Positions 56,862 through 64,000 of a DNA stretch of 64,000 nucleotides are shown piece after piece (position 1 is the first letter of the stretch; each line of letters opens with the position of its first letter). This DNA is from an uncultured bacterium (GTDB taxonomy: Bacteria; Deinococcota; Deinococci; Deinococcales; Trueperaceae), in assembly GCA_964616005.1 (NCBI GenBank), contig CAZTTB010000001.1, forward strand, positions 56,330-120,329. The letters are read 5' to 3'. The position numbers and the translations under genes were made by a program. The notes below the pieces were generated by a model. That model was given only the letters and a program-made list of their open reading frames with translations. It made no database searches and was not told the origin of the DNA.

Positions 56862-57552
56862 GCTTGGGTGCGTGCGCCCCGGACGGGGGCGGGCCGTGCC
56901 GCGCCGGAGGTACGGGCACGGACGAGCGTTCGGAGCGCGCGATGACGGCCACGCGGACCTCGAGGGCGCCGGCGGCAAGCAGCGCGTCGCGGCAGGCGGC
57001 GGTGGTGGCGCCGGTGGTGAGCACGTCGTCCACCAGCAGGACGACGGCGCCGGGTACCGGTGCGGCGACGAAAGCGCCGGTTACGTTGCTCATGCGAGCG
57101 GCCCGGCTCAGCCGGGCCTGAGGCCGCGTGGGCCGGACGCGCGCCAGCAGGGAGCGGCATGGGACGCCGAGCGCGGCGGCCGCTCCGCGAGCGAGCAGCA
57201 GCGCCTGGTCGTAGCCGCGCTCCCGGTGACGGGCCGGGTGCAGGGGGACCGCGCACACGACGGTGGGATGCCAGGAGGCCGCGGCGACCTCGCGGGCGAG
57301 CGCCGTGGCCAGCCAGCCTGCCAGGCGGGTGGCGCCGCGGTACTTGAGGGCGCGCACCGCCCTGCCCAGCGGCCCGGCGTACGGCCCCAGCCACAGTGTG
57401 GGGCCGAGGCGGCCCGGGCGGACGGCGAGGCGCCGGCACGGAGCGCAGCAACCCCGGGCGCCGGCCGGCCGCACGCCGCAGGCGGGGCAGGGCAGGAGCG
57501 CCCCCAGCAGCGTGTCGCGTGCGGCCCGGAAGGCCCGCAGGAGGACGGCCAT
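56836..57552 (-). CDS. comF: ComF-family phosphoribosyltransferase-domain protein
   Basis: N-terminal CPACG...CxxC pairs and the PRTase box LLVDDVLTTGAT. The 3' end overlaps the convergent DUF212 gene by 26 nt, probably as a non-conserved tail. Confidence 0.75.
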   Translation of the reverse strand: MAVLLRAFRAARDTLLGALLPCPACGVRPAGARGCCAPCRRLAVRPGRLGPTLWLGPYAGPLGRAVRALKYRGATRLAGWLATALAREVAAASWHPTVVCAVPLHPARHRERGYDQALLLARGAAAALGVPCRSLLARVRPTRPQARLSRAARMSNVTGAFVAAPVPGAVVLLVDDVLTTGATTAACRDALLAAGALEVRVAVIARSERSSVPVPPARHGPPPSGAHAPKLRGRRAGR

Positions 57553-57635
57553 GGCCCGACGCTAGCCCGCGCGCGGGGCGGTGGGGAACGGCGACCGGGC
57601 AGGCGCCGGGAGGGTCTCGGCGGGCGCCGGTCGCT

Positions 57636-58652
57636 TCAGGTGGAGCGGAGCGCGAGGGAGCGAAGGAGGCCCTCCAGCTCACGTGTGGCCGCACGTCCGG
57701 GGAGAGCCCTCAAGGCTTCGGCGAGTCGCTCGAGGCCGCGGCGTGCGCGCCGCTCCGCGACCGCTTGGGCGTAGGCGAGCGAACCGTGCCGCTCGATCGC
57801 GGCGAGCACGTCGCGCACCCCCTCCGGTCGCCTGGCGTCGCGCGGCCGGTTCAGCGCTTCGCGGATCGCCTCACCCTCGTCGTGCGAGGCGTGCGCCAGC
57901 AGGTGCGCGAGGATCAGCGTGCGCTTGCCTTCGTACAGGTCGCCGGCGAACTCCTTGCCGTAGGCGACCCCCGGCGTGAGGTTGAGGACATCGTCGCGGA
58001 TCTGGAACGCGATCCCCAGGTCGATGCCGGCCGTCTCGAAATCGGGAGAGGGGTCGACGCCGGCGCAGGCGGCGCCCAGCCGCAGCGGACAGACGACCGT
58101 GTAGTAGGCCGTCTTGAGCGTCACCATGGTGAGGTAGTCCTCCTCGGTGACGTCGAACCGGCCGGCGGCGACCCAGCTCAGGTCGAGGTGTTGTCCCTCG
58201 GCGGTCCGTTCGATCATCCACAGGAACTCGTGCAGGACAGCCTCGCGGTCGAGGCCCTCGGGCGAGGTCGCGGGCAGCGTCATCAACAGACGCCACATCG
58301 CCACGTGAAGGGCGTCGCCGACGTTGATGGCGATCGGCGACCCGACGAGGCGGTGCAACGCCGGACGGCCCCGGCGCTCCTCCGAGTCGTCTTCGATATC
58401 GTCGTGGATCAGCACCCAGTTCTGGAAGAGTTCCACGCCCGCGGCGGCGGTCAGTGCCGCACGCTCGTCGCCGCCGTGGGCCTGTGCCGAGAACATCACG
58501 ATCTGGCCGCGCAGCGTCTTGCCGGCCCGGCCCGGGTAGTCGCGCAGGAGTGCGACGAAGCGTCGGAGCTCGGGATGGCCGTTGCCTTCGGGCAACGCCG
58601 ACAGCACGGTCTGCCGGATGCGGGTGGAGAGGTCGTCGACGGCCTGGCTCAC
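57636..58652 (-). CDS. Polyprenyl diphosphate synthase (GGPP-synthase-like)
   Basis: First Asp-rich motif LIHDDIEDD and second motif FQIRDDVLN. 338 aa. Confidence 0.88.
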   Translation of the reverse strand: MSQAVDDLSTRIRQTVLSALPEGNGHPELRRFVALLRDYPGRAGKTLRGQIVMFSAQAHGGDERAALTAAAGVELFQNWVLIHDDIEDDSEERRGRPALHRLVGSPIAINVGDALHVAMWRLLMTLPATSPEGLDREAVLHEFLWMIERTAEGQHLDLSWVAAGRFDVTEEDYLTMVTLKTAYYTVVCPLRLGAACAGVDPSPDFETAGIDLGIAFQIRDDVLNLTPGVAYGKEFAGDLYEGKRTLILAHLLAHASHDEGEAIREALNRPRDARRPEGVRDVLAAIERHGSLAYAQAVAERRARRGLERLAEALRALPGRAATRELEGLLRSLALRST

Positions 58653-58701
58653 GCCGCGGCCTCGACGCTCGACGCCGACCGGACCATGACAGGCCGCACC
58701 C

Positions 58702-59715
58702 TCAGGGCCGGCGGATGCAGGCCTTGAAGTGCCCGGGGCTCACCTCTTCGAGCGGCGGCACCACGTGAGCGCAGTCGTCCACCGCGATCGGGCAACGCGT
58801 GCGGAACACGCAACCCGAAGGCGGGTTGATGGGGCTGGGGATATCGCCCTGGAGGATGACGCGCTCGCGCTTGATGGTGGGGTCCGGGATGGGCACGGCC
58901 GATAGCAAGGCCTCGGTGTACGGGTGCACCGGGTTCGCGTAGAGGTCCTTGGAGGGCGCGACCTCCATGACGCGACCCAGATACATCACCACCACGCGGT
59001 CGCTGATGTACTCGACCACGCCCAGGTCGTGGGCGATGAACAGCAGCGTCAGGCCCAGCTCCTCCTTGAGATCCTGGAGGAGGTTGACGACCTGCGCCTG
59101 GATGGACACGTCGAGGGCCGACACCGGCTCGTCGGCCACGATGAACTGTGGGTCGACGGCGAGCGCGCGGGCGATGCCGATACGCTGCCGCTGCCCGCCC
59201 GAGAACTCGTGGGGATAACGGCGCATGTGGTTCGGGGACATGCCGACCCGATCCAGCAGGTCCGCGACGCGCTGTTCCTTGGTCTTGCCGCGGGCGAGGT
59301 TGTGGATGGTCATGGCCTCACCGATGATGTCGCCCACCGACATGCGCGGGTTGAGGCTGGCGAAGGGGTCCTGGAAGATGATCTGCATCTCCTTGCGGTA
59401 CTCCCGCATCTTCCCCTTGGGCAGCTTGGCGATGTCGACGCCGTTGAACAGGATCTCGCCTGCGGTGGGCTCGATGAGCCGGAGGATGCTACGGCCGGCG
59501 GTGGTCTTGCCCGACCCGGACTCGCCCACGAGCCCCACGACCTCGCCCTTCTTGATCTCGAAGGACACGTCCTCCACGGCCTTCACGTTCGCCACCACAC
59601 GGGAGAAGATGCCGCCGCGGATGGGGAAGTACTTCCGCAGGTTGCGGACCTCGAGAAGGTTCTCCTTGGCGTCCCGGATCGCTTCGGATTGCACACGGGT
59701 CGTTGACGACGTCAT
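58702..59715 (-). CDS. oppF: Oligopeptide ABC transporter ATPase (OppF/DppF type)
   Basis: Walker [10 protein letters not shown], signature FSGGQRQR and an oligopeptide C-terminal tail. ATG 59715 overlaps the oppD stop (ATGA). Confidence 0.9.
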   Translation of the reverse strand: MTSSTTRVQSEAIRDAKENLLEVRNLRKYFPIRGGIFSRVVANVKAVEDVSFEIKKGEVVGLVGESGSGKTTAGRSILRLIEPTAGEILFNGVDIAKLPKGKMREYRKEMQIIFQDPFASLNPRMSVGDIIGEAMTIHNLARGKTKEQRVADLLDRVGMSPNHMRRYPHEFSGGQRQRIGIARALAVDPQFIVADEPVSALDVSIQAQVVNLLQDLKEELGLTLLFIAHDLGVVEYISDRVVVMYLGRVMEVAPSKDLYANPVHPYTEALLSAVPIPDPTIKRERVILQGDIPSPINPPSGCVFRTRCPIAVDDCAHVVPPLEEVSPGHFKACIRRP

Positions 59716-60725
59716 GCCACCATCTCCTGCTTGAGATCGAGGTCCTTCCAGCGGATGCAGCGCACCATGTGGCCGTTGCCGGTGTCCTCGAGTGCCGGGA
59801 TGGTCTGCTTGCACTCGTCGGTGGCGAAACGGCAACGGGGGTGGAAGGCGCAACCCTCCGGCAGGTAGAGCGGGTTGGGGACGTTCCCGGGGATGGCTTC
59901 GAGGCGGTCCTGGTGCTCGGCGGCGCGGTCGACGCGCGGGATGGAGTTCATCAGGCCCAGCGTGTAGGGCATCTGCGGACGGGCGAAGATGTCGTTGACG
60001 TCGCCTTCCTCGACGGCCCGCCCGGCGTACATCACCACCACGCGATCGGCCACCTCGGCGACCACCCCCAGGTCGTGGGTGATGAACAGGATGGACATGC
60101 CGATCTCGCGCTGGAGCTTGCGCATCAGGTCGAGGATCTGCGCCTGGATGGTGACGTCGAGGGCCGTGGTGGGCTCGTCGGCGATGAGGAGCTTGGGCCC
60201 GCAGGACAGCGCCATGGCGATCATCACGCGCTGTCGCATGCCGCCCGACATCTGGTGGGGGTAGTTCTTCACGCGCTTGGCGGGCTCGGGGATGCCGACC
60301 AGGTCCAGCATCTCGACCGACAGCTTCATGGCGTCCCGATAGCTCTTGCCCTGGTGCAGCACGATCGCTTCGGCGATCTGATCGCCCACCGTGTACACGG
60401 GATTGAGGCTGGTCATGGGCTCCTGGAAGATCATGGAGATCTCGTTGCCCCGGATGCGGCGCATGTCGCGCTCACTCTTGCGGACCAGGTCCTCACCCTC
60501 GAACAGCATCTGGCCCGAAGCGATCCGTCCCGGGGGGGTGGGGATGAGGCGCATGACCGAGAGGCTGGTCACGGACTTGCCTGAGCCGGACTCGCCCACC
60601 ACGGCCAGCGTCTCGCCGCGATCGAGGTGGAAGCTCACTCCGTCGACGGCCTTCACGACGCCTTCGTCGGTGTCGAAGTAGGTCTTGAGGTCCGTGACCT
60701 CGAGTAGCCGGTCGGTACTAGGCAT
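59712..60725 (-). CDS. oppD: Oligopeptide ABC transporter ATPase (OppD/DppD type)
   Basis: Walker [10 protein letters not shown], signature [16 protein letters not shown] upstream of the ATG. Confidence 0.9.
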   Translation of the reverse strand: MPSTDRLLEVTDLKTYFDTDEGVVKAVDGVSFHLDRGETLAVVGESGSGKSVTSLSVMRLIPTPPGRIASGQMLFEGEDLVRKSERDMRRIRGNEISMIFQEPMTSLNPVYTVGDQIAEAIVLHQGKSYRDAMKLSVEMLDLVGIPEPAKRVKNYPHQMSGGMRQRVMIAMALSCGPKLLIADEPTTALDVTIQAQILDLMRKLQREIGMSILFITHDLGVVAEVADRVVVMYAGRAVEEGDVNDIFARPQMPYTLGLMNSIPRVDRAAEHQDRLEAIPGNVPNPLYLPEGCAFHPRCRFATDECKQTIPALEDTGNGHMVRCIRWKDLDLKQEMVA

Positions 60726-61055
60726 CAGCGCTTACACTCCTCACAAGGTTCGATTCTACCCGAATACGTCGGGCTCGGACGGGAGCCAAACCCCTGTCCG
60801 GGACGCGGTGGATCCCACACGAGATGGTGAGACGCCGCTGCGTCCAGTGAGATACCCCCATTGCAAGGAAATACCGGTTCCCGCCAGCGGCCGCTCCCGG
60901 ATGCGGAAGCGCCGTGTCTACGGCGGCCCCGAACCCCGACCGGGCGACGCGCGCCTGCGATCGGGAGTGCCGGACTGGCCGACGTGTGGATCGAGTTCGG
61001 GGTGCGCTCCGCCGAGGAGCGGCCCGCTCGTGGTCGGCCTGCCGGTCCCAGCGAG

Positions 61056-61082
61056 AATATAGCGCGCGCGCGCGTAGGTCAA
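61056..61082 (-). promoter_or_regulatory. Promoter-like element TTGACC-N15-TATATT inside the oppC-oppD spacer
   Basis: -35 at 61077-61082 and -10 at 61056-61061 (minus strand). The 15-nt spacer is mostly alternating GC (gcgcgcgcgcgcg) and is shorter than optimal. Confidence 0.35.
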
Positions 61083-61133
61083 ATGCCGCGCCCAACCCGA
61101 CCACGGCGCGCTGGGGCGGCAGCGCGAAGCGCG

Positions 61134-62345
61134 TCAACGTCGGCTCTTCGGGTCGAAGGCATCGCGCAGCCCGTCGCCCAGCAGGTTCCAGGTGAGCACG
61201 GCGATGAAGATGGCGACGCCCGGGGTGAAGATCCACCAGCGGTCGCCGAGGCCCGTGACGCCGGCGAACGACTGGGCCGTTGACAGCATCAGCCCCCAAC
61301 TCGTCGAGGGAGGCTGGATCCCCAGCCCGAAGAAGCTGAGGACCGATTCGGCCAGGGTGTACTCGGGGATCTGGATCGACAGCGAGATGATGATGAAGCT
61401 GAGCGTCTGCGGAAGCAGGTGACGGATGATCACACGCATGTTGCTCGCCCCCAGCGCCTGGGCGGCCACGGTGAAATCGCGCTCGCGCAGGCTCAGGACC
61501 TGGCCCCGGACCGCGCGCGCGATCTGTCCCCAGCCGATGACCGAGAGCGCCACGATGATCACCATGAACTGGGTGGTGGAGGGGAGATGGAGTGGATAGA
61601 AGACCGCCGAGAGGGTGAGCAGCAGGAACAGGAAGGGGATGGCCGAGAGGGCCTCCACGAAACGGAGGATGACCTCGTCGAGCCAGCCTCCGTAGTAGCC
61701 GGCCAGCCCCCCCATGATCATGCCGATGACGATGGCCACCAGGCTCGCCAGGATGCCGATGGTGAGGCTGATGCGCGCACCGAACATGAGCTTGCCGAAG
61801 ACGTCGGCGCCCAGGTCGTCGGTGCCCAGCAGGTGGATCTTGGCCTGGTCGCCGGAGTCCGCCACCCCGAACAGGTGCAGCGTCGCCCAGGGCCGGATAC
61901 CCAGCACCTGGCGGAGCTGCACCGGGATGAGATTCACCGGGAAGGGGACGTAACGGTCGCGCAGACCGGTGCGCCGCACGAAGAAGCGGATGCGGTAGGC
62001 GTGCGTGGTGTCCGTCGTCCACACCGACGTGAAGGTCGTCATGTTGATCGACTTCTTCAGGCCGTAGACGTAAGGCCAGGTGAGGCGGCCGCGCGCGTCG
62101 AGGAAGTGGACGACCGTCGGCGGCTCGAAGGTGGCGTTGGGGTTGATGTCGTGCTCGGGGTAAGGGGCGAAGAAGTCCGCGAAGGCGGCCAGCAGGTACA
62201 TGATGCCCAGGATGACGAGTGCCGTGCGTGCCAGCGGGTGCTTCTTGAACTGCTGCCAGGCGATGGTGGTGAGGCTGGCGCCCTTCACGACCTGCCGGTC
62301 GGCGGTGTCGACGGCGCCTCCGGCGTCCGGGTTCACGGGCTCCAT
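61134..62345 (-). CDS. oppC: Oligopeptide ABC permease (OppC type) with a long N-terminal extracytoplasmic insert
   Basis: 403 aa. An LLGTDDLGADVFGKL motif precedes the BPD_transp_1 core. Confidence 0.85.
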   Translation of the reverse strand: MEPVNPDAGGAVDTADRQVVKGASLTTIAWQQFKKHPLARTALVILGIMYLLAAFADFFAPYPEHDINPNATFEPPTVVHFLDARGRLTWPYVYGLKKSINMTTFTSVWTTDTTHAYRIRFFVRRTGLRDRYVPFPVNLIPVQLRQVLGIRPWATLHLFGVADSGDQAKIHLLGTDDLGADVFGKLMFGARISLTIGILASLVAIVIGMIMGGLAGYYGGWLDEVILRFVEALSAIPFLFLLLTLSAVFYPLHLPSTTQFMVIIVALSVIGWGQIARAVRGQVLSLRERDFTVAAQALGASNMRVIIRHLLPQTLSFIIISLSIQIPEYTLAESVLSFFGLGIQPPSTSWGLMLSTAQSFAGVTGLGDRWWIFTPGVAIFIAVLTWNLLGDGLRDAFDPKSRR

Positions 62346-62346
62346 G

Positions 62347-63327
62347 TCAGTACCGGATCCTGGGGTCGATCATGGCCAGCGCCAGGTCGGACAGCAAGTT
62401 CCCCACCATCAGCAGCAGCGTCAGGATGGTGAGCAGCGCCATCACCACGTAGACGTCCTGCGCGAAGATGGAGCTGATGAACAGAGGCGTGATGCCGGGC
62501 CAACCGGTCACGTACTCCACCGACCCCGCGCCCGATACCAGGCCGGGCAGGGTCGAGCCGATGATCGCGACGATCACCAGGATGGCGTTGCGCAGTGCGT
62601 GCTTGACGTTCACGGTGCGCTCCGACAAACCCTTGGAGCGGGCGGTCCGGATGTAGTCCTGGCTCAGCACCTCGAGCATCTCGCCGCGCATGACGCGGCT
62701 GACGAACGCCAGCGACGACAGCGTCACCACGGTCACCGGTCCGATCAGGTGCCAGCCGACGTCCAGGACCTTCCGGAGCGGACCGAAGCTGCTGAAATCC
62801 GTGCTCGTCATACCGCCGGTCGGGATCAGGAACCAGTGATGGACGTGGAACCACTGCACGCTGAGGGCCAGGATGATCAGGGCGAGGAAGAAGTTGGGGA
62901 CGGCCAGACCGAGCAGGCTGAACACGGTGAGGATGCGGTCGGCCAGGGAGTACTTGTGCAGCGCCGAGTACACCCCGATGGGGATGGCGATGGCGAAGGC
63001 CAGCACGGTGGCCGGGATCAACAGCACCATGCTGTTGCGCATCAACGGCAGGATCAGCGCGGTCACGCTGGCCTTGCTCGTCATGCTGGTACCGAAGTTG
63101 AAGTGCAGCACGACGTTGCGAAGCCAGTACAGGTAGCGGATGTACCACGCCTGGTCGAGCCCCAGCAGCTGGCGGATGCGCTCGGCCTTGTTGGGGTCGA
63201 CCTGGTCGAAGGCGAACTGGGTGGCGAAATCCCCGGGTGCCGCCTGGATGATGCCCCACGCGAGGAATGTCGCGATGACGAAGGTGGGGACGAGGTTGAA
63301 CAGCCGGCGAACGATGAACGGCAGCAT
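62347..63327 (-). CDS. oppB: Oligopeptide ABC permease (OppB type)
   Basis: Begins MLPFIVRRLFNLVPTFV..., typical of OppB. Start moved to ATG 63327. Confidence 0.85.
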   Translation of the reverse strand: MLPFIVRRLFNLVPTFVIATFLAWGIIQAAPGDFATQFAFDQVDPNKAERIRQLLGLDQAWYIRYLYWLRNVVLHFNFGTSMTSKASVTALILPLMRNSMVLLIPATVLAFAIAIPIGVYSALHKYSLADRILTVFSLLGLAVPNFFLALIILALSVQWFHVHHWFLIPTGGMTSTDFSSFGPLRKVLDVGWHLIGPVTVVTLSSLAFVSRVMRGEMLEVLSQDYIRTARSKGLSERTVNVKHALRNAILVIVAIIGSTLPGLVSGAGSVEYVTGWPGITPLFISSIFAQDVYVVMALLTILTLLLMVGNLLSDLALAMIDPRIRY

Positions 63328-63516
63328 CGGGAACAGGGGCCTCCAGGGTCGGTTCTCGGGCGTGCCCCGACGACGGGGGCAGCTGCCCGGGGCTGCGATG
63401 GAGCATTCTATTCCACACCGACCGGCGACCCGGGGTGCGTAGGGCTCCACGGTCCGGGGGCCCCGGCCTCGCGGTCGGAGCCCCCGTCCCTCGTCAGGAA
63501 TTGCCTCCCGAACGGC

Positions 63517-64000
63517 TCAGCGGACGGTCAACAGCTCCCGGTAGCTGCCCGGGTTGTAGGGCGACTGGATGCTGTTGGCGTCGAGCGCGGACTTGGGCCA
63601 GGTGTTGCCCAGGTCGGTGTAGAAGCTGAAGGCCTGGCTGATGAGCGGCGTGATCGGCAGCCACTCGCGCATCAGGGCGGCGCGCTCGTCGTAGAGCTGC
63701 ACACGCTTCTGCAGGTCGAGCGCCGAGTTCATCTCGACCGTGTACTGGCCCATCAGGGTTTCCCAGGGCTTCAGATCGGTCTTGCTCTTGTTCCAGGCGT
63801 TGAGGTTGGTGCCCGGACGCAGGCCGTTGTCGAAGCTGGGGTTGTCGACGTCGCCGCCGGCGAGGCCCCAGATCTGGGCGTCGTAGTTGACCTTGCGGCC
63901 CTTGGCCGGATCGTAGTCGGCGCTGGTGCCGACGATCGAGTTGGCCCAGATCTCGGTGGAGACCTCACGCGGGTTGATCTTGACGCCGTAGGGCGCGACG
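63517..64000 (-). CDS. oppA: Peptide substrate-binding protein, C-terminal part (5' end runs off the window)
   Basis: My hand translation shows one open frame from 63999 down to the stop at 63517 (VAPYGVKINPREVSTEIWAN...LLTVR). The ORF track reports only the part after an internal Met. Confidence 0.7.
   Translation of the reverse strand, partial: VAPYGVKINPREVSTEIWANSIVGTSADYDPAKGRKVNYDAQIWGLAGGDVDNPSFDNGLRPGTNLNAWNKSKTDLKPWETLMGQYTVEMNSALDLQKRVQLYDERAALMREWLPITPLISQAFSFYTDLGNTWPKSALDANSIQSPYNPGSYRELLTVR

Noticed and set aside
60741-60765. GGTTCGATTCTACC, which resembles a tRNA T-loop.
   Set aside because: The flanks do not form a T-stem, acceptor stem or anticodon arm on either strand. At most it is a degenerate fragment.
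60718-60858. 47-codon minus-strand ORF (MGVSHWTQRR...) inside the oppC-oppD spacer.
   Set aside because: It has no SD, and its GC3 is about 60% by hand count, well below neighbouring genes. The peptide is basic and featureless.

Overview
This is a very GC-rich window (about 70% by eye, not computed) that is densely coding, with roughly 65 genes and only short gaps between them. I saw no rRNA, tRNA, CRISPR array, transposase or integrase. Most of it is core chromosome: lepB, htrA, mnmE-hemL, truA, moaC, asp23-yloV, pyrF, secA, rsmD, livKHMGF, ddl, efp-accB-accC-asp23-nusB-folD, a polyprenyl synthase and two peptide ABC importers. Three things point to a Deinococcus-Thermus-type organism, though I could not verify this: separate accB and accC genes inside a Firmicute-like accBC-asp23-nusB-folD block, many apparently leaderless genes, and several small families I recall as restricted to that lineage. 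The most interesting region is about 35.9-50.4 kb. It holds a seven-gene minus-strand operon: an SPT-like alpha-oxoamine synthase, a GNAT-type acyltransferase, a CPBP protease, an SDR reductase, UDP-galactopyranose mutase, a GT28/MGDG-synthase-like transferase and a flippase-like protein. A GT4 transferase converges on its 3' end, and beside that sits a MacB-type ABC plus MMPL exporter operon. I read this as a candidate sphingolipid-like aminolipid/glycolipid synthesis and export island; that is inference from motifs and gene context, not a demonstrated function. Smaller sequence-level oddities:
- many -10 boxes 5-9 nt upstream of start codons, including two divergent genes whose start codons overlap in one CATG
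- a 408-nt non-coding spacer splitting an opp operon
- a 41-nt duplication of the secA 3' end
- a 4 x 14-nt tandem repeat
- a perfect 15-bp palindrome just downstream of a good ddl promoter
- a possible leaderless 16-codon uORF
All long antisense ORFs in the track look like GC-driven artefacts.
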